The notes below the pieces were generated by a model. The model worked only from the letters and a program-made list of their open reading frames with translations. It did not search any database and was not told the origin of the DNA. Position numbers and translations under genes: made by a program. From Spirochaetia bacterium (lineage in GTDB: Bacteria; Spirochaetota; Spirochaetia; UBA9216), in contig CAXXYH010000003.1 of NCBI GenBank assembly GCA_963677925.2, forward strand, positions 1,504,001 through 1,568,000: 64,000 nt of DNA. The letters are read 5' to 3'. Below are positions 1-9,210 of the stretch, in pieces. Position 1 is the stretch's first letter; every line of letters starts with the position of its first letter.

Positions 1-1093
1 TTGTACAGATTATCAAAGCTACAAAGATTGTATTTACCAGAGGTGCGCTTGTCTTGAACAGCAGCGGTCCCGGGACAATTCCGTGAATCATAAATGCACC
101 GAGCAGCATCGCTGTCGGCCCATCACCCGGAATACCAAGAGTAAGCAGGGGAATCATTGCGCCTCCTATGGAAGCGTTATTTGAAGTCTCCGATGCAACT
201 ATACCATCCATTATGCCCGTTCCGAATTTCTCAGGGTACTTGGAGTTTTTCTGCACTGCAGCATAGGCTACCTGGTTCGCCAGAGAACCGCCCATACCGG
301 GCAGAAATCCGATTACAATTCCAATAACCGAAGATATCACAAAGTTCTTTGCCTGACCGAAAAACTCCCGTATTGAGAATCCGAAACCTCTGACCTTTTC
401 GGTTTTAGTCTTTACATCCGCTTTCTTATCAGCGTTGCTGACGGCCTTCATTATCTCAGTTACGGCAAATAATCCTATGACTGCCGGTAAAAGGGAAAAA
501 CCGTTAAGCAGCTGTACTTCACCGAAGGTGAATCTGGGTGTTCCATCGATAGGAGCAATACCGACCATCGCGATGGCAAGCCCCATGAATCCGGACAGCA
601 GACCAAGCAGCATATTCTTACCGGAGACTCCTGAAATCAATGTAAGCGACAGCAGGGTCAGCGCAAAGAAATCATAGGAACTCATCTTAATTGTCAGCTT
701 TGAAAGCGGAGGCGCAGCGGCAATAAGAACGATAAGGCTCACGATAGTACCGAGCGTTGAGAAAACTATACCTATTCCGAGAGCTCTGTGAGCCTGACCT
801 TTTACAGCCATCGGCGAACCGTCATACGTGGTTGCTATCGACATTGCCGAACCGGGAATATTGATAAGTATAGCTGAAATCAATCCGCCGGAAACACCGC
901 CGATGTACAGGGCAATAAGCAGAGCAAAGGCGCTGGTCACATCAATCGCAAAGGTGACGGGCAGGAACAGCGCGATTGCCATGGTTGAACTTAATCCTGG
1001 AATAGCGCCAAAGAGAATACCGACGATCACACCTACCACCATCAGGGTAATATTTAACGGTGTCATTAAACCTATAAAAGTTGAAACTAACAT
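1..1093 (-). CDS. tctA: Tripartite tricarboxylate transporter large permease TctA (partial, runs off the window start)
   Basis: Not in the ORF track. Manual translation from ATG 1093 gives MLVSTFIGLMTPLNITLMVVGVIVGILFGAIPGLSSTMAIAL...AILINIPGSAMSIATTYDG...ETSNNASIGGAMIPLLTLGIPGDGPTAMLLGA, which are typical TctA motifs. It follows tctB. Confidence 0.93.
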   Translation of the reverse strand, partial: MLVSTFIGLMTPLNITLMVVGVIVGILFGAIPGLSSTMAIALFLPVTFAIDVTSAFALLIALYIGGVSGGLISAILINIPGSAMSIATTYDGSPMAVKGQAHRALGIGIVFSTLGTIVSLIVLIAAAPPLSKLTIKMSSYDFFALTLLSLTLISGVSGKNMLLGLLSGFMGLAIAMVGIAPIDGTPRFTFGEVQLLNGFSLLPAVIGLFAVTEIMKAVSNADKKADVKTKTEKVRGFGFSIREFFGQAKNFVISSVIGIVIGFLPGMGGSLANQVAYAAVQKNSKYPEKFGTGIMDGIVASETSNNASIGGAMIPLLTLGIPGDGPTAMLLGAFMIHGIVPGPLLFKTSAPLVNTIFVALIICT

Positions 1094-1094
1094 A

Positions 1095-1646
1095 TTATCT
1101 CCCCAGGACTGCTTTAAATAATGCCCCGATTGGCAGGTTTACATATATGAATTCTTTGAAACAAAAATAAACCACAACTGCAACTATTACTGCAATTATT
1201 GCATACATTTTCACATTTCTCGAAGCCTTCGAATTCATAATGATCATATTGGAGATCAAATAAATTATCGAAGACAGAATAAAGCCGATTTGCGTCATGA
1301 GCAGTATAAATAACAATATACTGCCCAGAACAATCAGGGATTTTTGATTACCCGCAACTGTCTCTTTTGCTACTGCGCTGTTAAGTATCTCTTTTCGCAA
1401 GGCTTTATTCCTTAGCAATTCCTGTATAAAAATCAGGATTCCAAGAATTAACAGAACAGTGTAGATCAGACGCGGGGCAAATGCAGCATTGTCTACAACA
1501 TTCAGTCCTCCGGCTTGAACATAATCTGAAGTCTGGATAAGCATAAAAATGGAAACCAGAGCAATTATCAACCCGAGAGCCATCAGTTTGTAAGCGGAAA
1601 AATAAATCTCCGCCCTATAAAAAACACTGTCAATTTTACTTTTCAT
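1095..1646 (-). CDS. tctB: Tripartite tricarboxylate transporter small permease TctB
   Basis: About 4 hydrophobic segments, AAFAPR motif and C-terminal F-x-x-x-x-x-V-x-LP-x-G. Lies between tctC and tctA. Confidence 0.85.
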   Translation of the reverse strand: MKSKIDSVFYRAEIYFSAYKLMALGLIIALVSIFMLIQTSDYVQAGGLNVVDNAAFAPRLIYTVLLILGILIFIQELLRNKALRKEILNSAVAKETVAGNQKSLIVLGSILLFILLMTQIGFILSSIIYLISNMIIMNSKASRNVKMYAIIAVIVAVVVYFCFKEFIYVNLPIGALFKAVLGR

Positions 1647-1666
1647 ACCAAAAATCCCTTAATTCT

Positions 1667-2656
1667 CTATTTTAAAAACTTCTGGAAAACTTCGGCCGAA
1701 TGATCAAGCACGTCTGTAAGTTCTTTCGGAGAGTAATTAACGTCAACCATGCCAAATCGGGCCATTTCTTTCTTATAGTCGGGATTTGTCTGAATCTTCT
1801 CATGAAACAGCTTGTTGAATTTTTCAAGTACGGCAGGATCAGTTCCCTTCGGAGCAAGTAAATATATACCCTGGTCTACAAATGCGAAATCATAGCCGCT
1901 TTCCTTGAAGGTCGGAACATCCGGGAGAAAGGGATTTCTTTCTTCAGCGGTAATTGCAAGATAACGGAAGTCTCCTGACTGAAGATAACCGGTGATTGCA
2001 GCCATACCGGAAATGATAAAATCAACCTGTCCGCCGAGGAGGGCAACAGAGCGTTCTGAAGTATTTCCGGCGTCGATACAGTACATATCGATTCCGAGAG
2101 CATCTTCAATTGCCAGCATACAGAGATAAGGATAACCGGTCATTGAAATACCGCCGGTAACACTGTCAGGATTTTTTTCAATTGCGTCAAATAAATCCTT
2201 TAGAGTTTTGTAGGGGGAATCTCCACGGACAAGAATTCCGTTTGAAGAATCCAGCCCCGGGGTAAAGGCTGCATCAAATGCTTCATGACCGAAATCAAGC
2301 TGGCCCTGAGCCGCAGATATCAGGAGCCCTGTGATGCCGAATACATAGTTGTATCCGTTAGGATCCTGCTTTCGAACCTGCTCATAACCTGAAAGACCTG
2401 TAACATTGGTTACAACTACTGCTTCGCCTGTTTCCTGGGTTATGTACTTGGTAATTATTCTTGTAATGATGTCGGCTCCGCCTCCTGCTGAAGCAGGTAC
2501 AAGAATGTTAATAGGCTGTTCAGGCCAGTTTTCTGCAGCACTAACTGCTTTTTCAGTTACGGCTTCTGCAGAAGACTTTTCCGACTTCGCAGAACAGCTT
2601 ACCATCAGGGCGACACTTACTGTAAGAATCAGCAAAAATGATAATATCCTTTTCAT
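1667..2656 (-). CDS. tctC: Tripartite tricarboxylate transporter substrate-binding lipoprotein TctC/Bug
   Basis: Lipoprotein signal (LMVSC), WPEQPINILVPASAGGGADI, LLGGQVD, LPDVPTFKESG, APKGT. Confidence 0.93.
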   Translation of the reverse strand: MKRILSFLLILTVSVALMVSCSAKSEKSSAEAVTEKAVSAAENWPEQPINILVPASAGGGADIITRIITKYITQETGEAVVVTNVTGLSGYEQVRKQDPNGYNYVFGITGLLISAAQGQLDFGHEAFDAAFTPGLDSSNGILVRGDSPYKTLKDLFDAIEKNPDSVTGGISMTGYPYLCMLAIEDALGIDMYCIDAGNTSERSVALLGGQVDFIISGMAAITGYLQSGDFRYLAITAEERNPFLPDVPTFKESGYDFAFVDQGIYLLAPKGTDPAVLEKFNKLFHEKIQTNPDYKKEMARFGMVDVNYSPKELTDVLDHSAEVFQKFLK

Positions 2657-2700
2657 TAAAAACCTCCATAGTTTTTATTTTAATTTTTATTTTAATACAT

Positions 2701-3402
2701 TCACGGATGATAGACCTCGTCTATCAGTTCAAAACCTTTTTCATCAAGCAGCTTTCCAACCCATTCTCTGTTTGCGGTTCCATCTTTGGCTGCAGCCAGT
2801 TTCTTCTCGTCCTGAATCTGGAAAGCTTTTGCCTTCTCCAGGGTAACTTCTGCATCCTTTTTTGGAATCACAATTACTCCGTCAGGATCAGTCAGAATAA
2901 TATCTCCGGGATTCACACTGATTTCTCCGCATGATATAGGGACATTTATCTCACCCGGACCCTCTTTATATGGCCCTCCCGGAGTAGTTCCTGTAGCGTA
3001 AATTGGAAAATCCCAGCTGTTAACTTCATCGATATCCCGTATCGGTCCGTCCAGTATAATACCGGCAATTTTCTTTGTATAAAAGAGATAAGCAAGCATT
3101 ACCTCACCAATAAGTGAACGGGTCTGATCACCTTCATTTGAAATGACAAGCATATCACCTTCACTTACAAGATTCAGTGCTGCATGAATGAGAAGATTGT
3201 CTCCGGCCCTTGCCTTGACGGTGAATGCAGGACCTGCAGTGCATTGTCTGGACGGACTGCTCATCAGCCGGATGCGGGGATTCATGGCACAGGATCTTTC
3301 CATAACATCCGCACAATTTGAAGCAGGGATGCTGTTAAACTGTTTCACCAATTCCGGATCAGGAAGATCCCTTTTAAGATAAATTCTTTTACCAACCGGC
3401 AT
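2701..3402 (-). CDS. RraA-family protein / 4-hydroxy-4-methyl-2-oxoglutarate aldolase-like
   Basis: AGPAFTV..GDNL, IGEVM, GIILDGPIRD, VNPGDII..DPDGVIVIP motifs. Confidence 0.88.
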   Translation of the reverse strand: MPVGKRIYLKRDLPDPELVKQFNSIPASNCADVMERSCAMNPRIRLMSSPSRQCTAGPAFTVKARAGDNLLIHAALNLVSEGDMLVISNEGDQTRSLIGEVMLAYLFYTKKIAGIILDGPIRDIDEVNSWDFPIYATGTTPGGPYKEGPGEINVPISCGEISVNPGDIILTDPDGVIVIPKKDAEVTLEKAKAFQIQDEKKLAAAKDGTANREWVGKLLDEKGFELIDEVYHP

Positions 3403-3416
3403 AAGCTCTCCTTTTA

Positions 3417-4292
3417 TTACTGGTTTTTTCTCATGGAAACTAGAACTGAATGAATATCTTCATACTCATCTTTAGCCTGTTCTCCTGAAAGACATTCGGC
3501 AAGATATTCATGTTTATATTTTGACGCTTTTACCATTGCATTATCTACATCCCGATCCATCAGCATCTGAACAGAACCGTTTAATTCTTCGGCTCTTCTT
3601 TTTGCATGAACAGCTGTGCCGGTAATAAGTCTTTTTAAATGGCTTTCAAATGATATACCATCCATAGAAGCACTGAGAGAGGAAACAACTTCATCCATCA
3701 CATTATATTTATAAGCACCTTCAAGCATTTCAAGCATGAGTGCAGCTATACCTTTCATAAAAACACTGCGTATCAGCTTTATTGCCGAGGCTGATCCAGC
3801 CTGAGAACCGACACAGGTGATATTCATACCCTTTTTGGACATTGTTTCCTTGAATTTTTCAGCACCCGATCCGCTGGCTGTTATGGGAACCTTATGCCTG
3901 TTTAAAGGAAGAGAACCAAGCATAGCAGCATCTACATATAGTGCACCCGATTTCTCAACCATCTTTTCAAATGATTCTTTAACTTTGGGTGTCGAAGCAC
4001 TTACATCAATATACAGCTGACCCGGTTTTAGAAATGGAGTGATTTCATTGCATACATCCTGAGCATTCACAGCCGGTACTGCAACAAAAAGGAAATCGGT
4101 TGTATCTACCGTATCAGCCGGAGAAACAAGCAGTTTGACGCGGCTGTCCTGTGCTCTTTGCTTAATCTTCTTTCCGGCAACAGGATGCTCCAGCATTGCA
4201 TCATAAGCAACAATTCCGGATACGCCTTCATCCTTCAAACCCATAGAAATATAATATGCTGCTTCACCAAAGCCTATAAACCCAACATTCAC
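3417..4292 (-). CDS. NAD(P)-dependent oxidoreductase, 3-hydroxyisobutyrate/6-phosphogluconate dehydrogenase family (DUF1932-type C-terminus)
   Basis: GFIGFGEAA Rossmann motif, YVDAAMLG, ASAIKLIRSVFMKG, HAKRRAEEL. GTG start with GGAAGG RBS. Confidence 0.85.
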   Translation of the reverse strand: MNVGFIGFGEAAYYISMGLKDEGVSGIVAYDAMLEHPVAGKKIKQRAQDSRVKLLVSPADTVDTTDFLFVAVPAVNAQDVCNEITPFLKPGQLYIDVSASTPKVKESFEKMVEKSGALYVDAAMLGSLPLNRHKVPITASGSGAEKFKETMSKKGMNITCVGSQAGSASAIKLIRSVFMKGIAALMLEMLEGAYKYNVMDEVVSSLSASMDGISFESHLKRLITGTAVHAKRRAEELNGSVQMLMDRDVDNAMVKASKYKHEYLAECLSGEQAKDEYEDIHSVLVSMRKNQ

Positions 4293-4340
4293 TGTATAGC
4301 ACCTTCCATAGATAAACTGTCAAATTAGTATTGGGCTTAT

Positions 4341-4356
4341 TGCAAATACCGTGCCA
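4341..4356 (-). promoter_or_regulatory. Sigma-54 (-24/-12) promoter of the dehydrogenase-RraA-tctCBA operon
   Basis: The minus strand reads TGGCAC-GGTAT-TTGCA, an exact match to TGGCAC-N5-TTGCW, about 50 bp upstream of the start codon. Confidence 0.85.
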
Positions 4357-4521
4357 GTAACAATCAGGAATTTTCATGTGCTTTTATTTTATTGCTGTAT
4401 GGTGATTTATACTCTTTCAGTTATTCCAGGAGAAAAGTTTGATACAATATTTTAACAATCTATTTTTCAATTTACATTATATTTTGTATTTCATAATGAA
4501 ATTTAAAATTAAAATTTTATC

Positions 4522-4552
4522 AAAAAAAAGGGACTTCCCGACGGAAGTCCCC
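4522..4552 (-). terminator. Rho-independent terminator of the porin gene
   Basis: Minus strand: GGGACTTCC-GTCG-GGAAGTCCC followed by T8. Confidence 0.9.
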
Positions 4553-4575
4553 GCAAATCATTCTGAATGAATCGT

Positions 4576-5589
4576 TTAGTAGTCTATGTCAAAGAAGAGG
4601 TACGCACCGTTACCGGCAACTGTGCCGTTATCACCGTAAACGATAGTTGAAACATCATCACCGCTGGCCACAACAAAACCGGCACCAATACCAAGTGCAC
4701 CAAGGTTATACTTGCCGCCAAGATCTACTGACTGGAAAACAGAATCTGCTGTTGTATCAAGATCAACAATTGCATAGAGGTCTGTATTTTCAACCATTGA
4801 AGTGCTTACTTCAATAAGACAATCTTTGAAGGCAGAAGTAGCACTGGTTCCGCCTACACCTACGCTTGCATGAATTCCGGCAACATCAGCAGCAACTCCG
4901 GAACTCCAGCCGTATGCTTCTGTTCCAAGTCCATATGTAAAAACCGCAGGTACATATACTGAAACAGCATCAGAATCATAAGTATAACCGGCTTCCGCCC
5001 ATACATTACCTTCTGAAACAGAATCATATGCCGCATAGTAGCCGACCAGGAAGTTAGAACCTTCAACCGGTGAACCGGAGAAAGCAAGTCCCATCATTGT
5101 AAGGTCGAGATCCTGGTAAAATTTCACACTGTAACCGGCAACCCCAAAATCAAGTGCTACAGCTTCATCTTTTTTAGGTCCGAAGTTGAAGAGGTATGCT
5201 GAAGCTGCTCCGGTATAGTAAAATTCTTCACCGCTTCTTGAAACATAATTCCAGTTTGTGAAATATGTATCGAAGTAACCTGCAGTCATTGTGAGACTGA
5301 AAGCTTCAATTCCGAATACACCGGCGATATTGGAGCTTACCCTGAAATCATCAAGTGAAATGTTTCCATCAGTCCAGTCACCACCCTCTGCATCGAGTTC
5401 TACGGCTACTGTAGTGTTATCATCAACAGTTGCGCTGAGGTTTATTTCCGCCTTGGGAGTCTGAGAGGTCTGAGCATCAGCACCAAGGTTAGTTAAACCG
5501 AACATGAACTCTCCGCTGAGGTCAACATCAGCGAAAGCCCCCGCACTGACAACCAGAATCAATGCAAGTAAAATAGACAGTTTTTTCAT
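4576..5589 (-). CDS. Putative outer-membrane beta-barrel protein / porin
   Basis: Signal peptide MKKLSILL...AGAFA-D from ATG 5589 with AAGGAG RBS (the ORF track starts at 5625). Alternating amphipathic Gly/Tyr-rich strands and a C-terminal aromatic beta-signal (YLFFDIDY). Confidence 0.72.
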   Translation of the reverse strand: MKKLSILLALILVVSAGAFADVDLSGEFMFGLTNLGADAQTSQTPKAEINLSATVDDNTTVAVELDAEGGDWTDGNISLDDFRVSSNIAGVFGIEAFSLTMTAGYFDTYFTNWNYVSRSGEEFYYTGAASAYLFNFGPKKDEAVALDFGVAGYSVKFYQDLDLTMMGLAFSGSPVEGSNFLVGYYAAYDSVSEGNVWAEAGYTYDSDAVSVYVPAVFTYGLGTEAYGWSSGVAADVAGIHASVGVGGTSATSAFKDCLIEVSTSMVENTDLYAIVDLDTTADSVFQSVDLGGKYNLGALGIGAGFVVASGDDVSTIVYGDNGTVAGNGAYLFFDIDY

Positions 5590-5640
5590 TCTTTCTGTTC
5601 TCCTTGAAAATTTATTCCTGTACATGATCTGGTCTTTATG

Positions 5641-5680
5641 TGTGAAGTATATGGAGGATATGTGGATCGTTATTGAAGAT
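5641..5680 (-). promoter_or_regulatory. Candidate OmpR-family tandem binding boxes upstream of the porin
   Basis: Four imperfect direct repeats about one helical turn apart (+ strand TGTGAAG 5641, TATGGAG 5650, TGTGGAT 5661, ATTGAAG 5672), just downstream of an OmpR-type gene. Confidence 0.5.
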
Positions 5681-5712
5681 TTGGTGTTTACAGGATGAAG
5701 AACAATCCTGAA

Positions 5713-6417
5713 TCAATCAGTCGATGGAGTGCCGCAAAAACGGTAACCGTAACCTCTGACAGTTTCTATCCACTCACCCTTTCCAAGCTTTGCCCGTATA
5801 TTCTTAATATGGGTATCAACAATCCGGTCATAACCTTCAAAGTTATATTCAAGTGAATGATCCAGAATCTGCTCCCTTGAAACTACAACATGCTCATTCG
5901 AAACAAGATATGTCAGGATTTTCCATTCGGTAGCCGTCATTCGTGTATTCTCATTATCGACAAAAAGTTCATGCCCGGGAAAATCAATTTCTATCCGGTA
6001 GTTATTCAGCCTCCACTTTCGGCTCAACGAACCTGCTCCGGCAGAAACGAGCTTCCTGTTTGCACGCCGAAGCAGGGCATTAATTCTCAGCATCAGTTCT
6101 TTTATCGAAAACGGCTTCTCAACAAAGTCATCACCGCCTATTTCAAAACCCATAATCCGGTCTGATTCTGTATTTTTTGATGTCATAAAAATAATGGGAA
6201 CATCAGACGCCTTCCGAATCTCTTTACCCAGGTAAAATCCGTTGCCGTCAGGAAGAACGACATCAAGCAGCAGTAAGTCGACATCATTTGAGTTAAGATG
6301 TTCAAGAACTCCGGTGCAGCCGGGAAATTCAACTGTGGAGTAGTCTTCAAGATTCAGATAGGATACAACCGCCTCGCGGATAGCCTCATTATCTTCAACA
6401 ATAGCAATAGTATACAT
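5713..6417 (-). CDS. OmpR/PhoB-family response regulator
   Basis: Receiver domain (IVEDN, LLDVVLPD, KPFS) and winged helix (DRIVDTHIKNIRAKL, IETVRGYGY). ATG 6417 fits the GGAGAG RBS better than GTG 6423. Confidence 0.95.
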   Translation of the reverse strand: MYTIAIVEDNEAIREAVVSYLNLEDYSTVEFPGCTGVLEHLNSNDVDLLLLDVVLPDGNGFYLGKEIRKASDVPIIFMTSKNTESDRIMGFEIGGDDFVEKPFSIKELMLRINALLRRANRKLVSAGAGSLSRKWRLNNYRIEIDFPGHELFVDNENTRMTATEWKILTYLVSNEHVVVSREQILDHSLEYNFEGYDRIVDTHIKNIRAKLGKGEWIETVRGYGYRFCGTPSTD

Positions 6418-6461
6418 TTTCACTCTCCGATAGTTTTCTTAAATATACTTCGACTTCATAG

Positions 6462-6481
6462 ACCATCAGTTAACTGATGGT
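6462..6481. repeat. Perfect 20-bp palindrome between the divergent regulator and kinase genes
   Basis: ACCATCAGTT|AACTGATGGT. Confidence 0.8.
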
Positions 6482-6540
6482 AAATTGAATGTAAACAATG
6501 TAATAATCAAAGCGTCTAATGTCCTGTTTTTGTTGATATT

Positions 6541-8031
6541 GTGTTTTTTATGTGTATTATCAATTTTTCAGACAGATGCAGTTTGAACAACATGAAGATA
6601 TGGAATATAAAAATGATGATGAAAACGCTGCAGACTAAAATTATGCTGAGCTTTCTGGTACTTAACCTGTTTATAATTTCCTTAATAAGCTTCAGTACCA
6701 CCAGGGGCTTTATCAACATCTCCGGAGCCTGGGCTCACAGACAGTCAACAGAAGCAGCTGCACTTCTTTCAGAATATTTCTCTGAAAATGAAAACCGGAA
6801 TTTCTTCACAGATGATAGAACCGGAGAGGACACTGCTGTTAAAGACTTCTGCGATTCAAGCCTGTCTGCGATACTGGTAAAACTTGAACTCTGGGATACA
6901 GAAAAGGTAAAGGTTTTCAGCTGGGAAACAGCAGCGCGGATAAGATCGGAGCATCCGAAAGACTACAGCGGTATAATCAGCAAATTAATCAATTATGAAC
7001 TGAGCAAAAATCCTGAATCTTCTGCTATAAAAAGCATCAACCCGATAATTGTAGAGGGTAAAATTGCGGGATACTGCTCAAGCCTTTCAACACCGCTTAT
7101 TGGTTTCGGATACACAAGTTTTTTTGATAAAATTTTTACTTCATCCTTCCTTACAGGAGTCATAATTTCTCTGATTCTATCGGTAATTATATCCATTCTC
7201 CTTTCATTCCAGATCAGCCGATCATCTTCACAGCTTGCAGGACAGCTCAGCGATCTGGCCGCGGGGAGACGTGATATTGTTTTTAACTATAATAAATCTT
7301 CCAAAGAGGTAAGAGCATCTTCAGTAGCTGCCGAAAGTCTGCAATCTCAGCTTATAAAGGATGACCTGATTCAGCAGAGATGGCTTGCCGATATTACTCA
7401 TGACCTTAAATCACCTGTAACCGCCCTTCGAAGCCAGCTTGATGCAGTCACTGCGGGCAGCCTTCCAATGAATGAACACAGACTGGAGATTCTTTCCGGC
7501 GAACTTGAGAAACTGACAGATCTTATCGCCTCACTTTCAGAACTCACATTTATGAAATCTGAAACAGGCTTTCTGAAACCGGAAACCTTCCCTCTTATTC
7601 CCTTCTGCGAGGATCTGTACAACCGCTTTGCAGCAGAAGCTCTTGTAAAAAACACCAGTCTGAACTTTAACCTTGATAATGCCCCCGAAACACTCACCGC
7701 AGACAGGGAATTGATGACAAGAGTTTTCAACAACCTTATTTCAAATGCCCTCATGCACAGCGATGAGGGCTTCGCTGTCAATCTAAGAATTTACAAAGCC
7801 GTCAGTTCTGTAATAATCGAAATAGAAAACAAGGGCTGTATAGGGGAAGAGGATCTTCAGCTTATTTTTAACAGGCTGTACAGAGGCAGTAATACAAAGA
7901 AGAAAGGCAGCGGTCTCGGCTTAAACATCACTAAAACCATTGTTGAAAAACACCACGGGAAAATAACAGCATTCAACACTAATCATGGAACCGTAATTTT
8001 CAGGGTAAGTCTGCCTGATTCAGTCAATTAA
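6541..8031 (+). CDS. Membrane sensor histidine kinase (BaeS-like, HAMP-HisKA-HATPase)
   Basis: Two TM segments, H-box ADITHDLKSP, NLISNA, IFNRLYRG, GSGLGL. The true start is probably one of the ATGs at 6592-6619. Confidence 0.93.
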   Translation: MFFMCIINFSDRCSLNNMKIWNIKMMMKTLQTKIMLSFLVLNLFIISLISFSTTRGFINISGAWAHRQSTEAAALLSEYFSENENRNFFTDDRTGEDTAVKDFCDSSLSAILVKLELWDTEKVKVFSWETAARIRSEHPKDYSGIISKLINYELSKNPESSAIKSINPIIVEGKIAGYCSSLSTPLIGFGYTSFFDKIFTSSFLTGVIISLILSVIISILLSFQISRSSSQLAGQLSDLAAGRRDIVFNYNKSSKEVRASSVAAESLQSQLIKDDLIQQRWLADITHDLKSPVTALRSQLDAVTAGSLPMNEHRLEILSGELEKLTDLIASLSELTFMKSETGFLKPETFPLIPFCEDLYNRFAAEALVKNTSLNFNLDNAPETLTADRELMTRVFNNLISNALMHSDEGFAVNLRIYKAVSSVIIEIENKGCIGEEDLQLIFNRLYRGSNTKKKGSGLGLNITKTIVEKHHGKITAFNTNHGTVIFRVSLPDSVN

Positions 8032-8979
8032 ATCAGGACTTATGCTGTTTATAAATTCCTTGAGCCTGTCATAATACTTTTCACGGGAAACCATTACGCT
8101 TTTGACGTGGCGGGCTTTATCGACCAGAAAAAGCTCGGTCCTGTACTGATCTTTTCGTTTTTCATACATGGCAATCGACATTGAGGACGGAACGTAGCGG
8201 TCGCTCTTACCGTGAACAAGCAGCAGAGGAACATCTGTTTCCATAATATCCTCATCAGGCCGTACCGTATCTATATCAAAATTTGCCATAAGCCTTGTAA
8301 CAATTCTCATGCGGTAGAGCATGAAACGATGGTAGAATTTCGGAATATGATACCGCCGAAGCTGATACTCAAGCTCTTCAACCAGAGAGGAGTATGGACA
8401 GTCCGCAATTATAAAGTTCAGATTCTCGGCGATCTTCGCATACTGGAGAACAGTTGCCGCTCCCATAGACTCTCCGAAAACGCCGGCAATTTCAGTATCG
8501 GGGAAAATACTTCTCGAATAATCACGAATCGCTTTCAGATCATGCTTTTCAAAGTAGCCGTATGAAGGATATTTACCCTCACTCAGCCCGTGCGCCCGAT
8601 TGTCGTAGATAATAATATTCCAGCCTGAGCTCAGAAATGGTTTGATGTATTTAACCATACCCCAGCGGCTCCAGTTTATACCGTGACAGAAAATAATGGT
8701 TTTCTTTCCGCCCCTGCCCTGAAAACCGGGCGCAGGATAGGCATTACCGTCAAGCAGGTAGCCGAAGGGGGAATTTATACGAAACTTAATCCAGGTTTCC
8801 TCAATAGCGGCAGCCATGCTTCTGCTGTACTGCCCCCTCGAAATACCGTACTCTCTGAAATACTCATATTTTCTGCGGGATTTCAGCAGAAGCGCATGTA
8901 TAAAATAAAACATTAATGATGCATCAAGCAAAATGATAAAAAGTATTACCGCAACAAAAATCATAGAACTATAATACAC
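8020..8979 (-). CDS. Membrane-anchored alpha/beta hydrolase (YqkD-like)
   Basis: N-terminal TM, FCHGI, DNRAHGLSEG, GESMG nucleophile motif, LLVHGKSDRYVP, ARH. Confidence 0.88.
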   Translation of the reverse strand: MYYSSMIFVAVILFIILLDASLMFYFIHALLLKSRRKYEYFREYGISRGQYSRSMAAAIEETWIKFRINSPFGYLLDGNAYPAPGFQGRGGKKTIIFCHGINWSRWGMVKYIKPFLSSGWNIIIYDNRAHGLSEGKYPSYGYFEKHDLKAIRDYSRSIFPDTEIAGVFGESMGAATVLQYAKIAENLNFIIADCPYSSLVEELEYQLRRYHIPKFYHRFMLYRMRIVTRLMANFDIDTVRPDEDIMETDVPLLLVHGKSDRYVPSSMSIAMYEKRKDQYRTELFLVDKARHVKSVMVSREKYYDRLKEFINSISPDLID

Positions 8980-9043
8980 CTGTTAAGCATGCAAGTTAAC
9001 AAGAATCAGCCAAATTTTATTTGAATTCTTTACAAAGATTACT

Positions 9044-9210
9044 GAGCTTCTTGCAAAACTCGGTTAGTTTTGCAAGAAGCTTTGAAGCAAAATTTTACAT
9101 AATTATGTAAATTATTATACAATAAGCAATTGTAAAATTTTCTTCATTTACATTAAGGTAGCAATTTCAAAACTTTTATAGTTTGACTTTCTTAGTTTTG
9201 AAATTGCCTC
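9044..9210. mobile_element. MITE/REP-like non-coding element made of nested inverted repeats
   Basis: 16-bp IR 9045-9060/9066-9081, 18-bp palindrome 9094-9111 and 14-bp IR 9161-9174/9194-9207. The outer ends are related (GAGCTTCTTGCAAAACT vs GAGGCAATTTCAAAACT, 12/17 identical). Confidence 0.5.

Noticed and set aside
435-1121. Plus-strand ORFs 435-677 and 828-1121, and the many other short overlapping ORFs in the track
   Set aside because: They are antisense or off-frame shadows of well-supported genes (here tctA), with no motifs or RBS.
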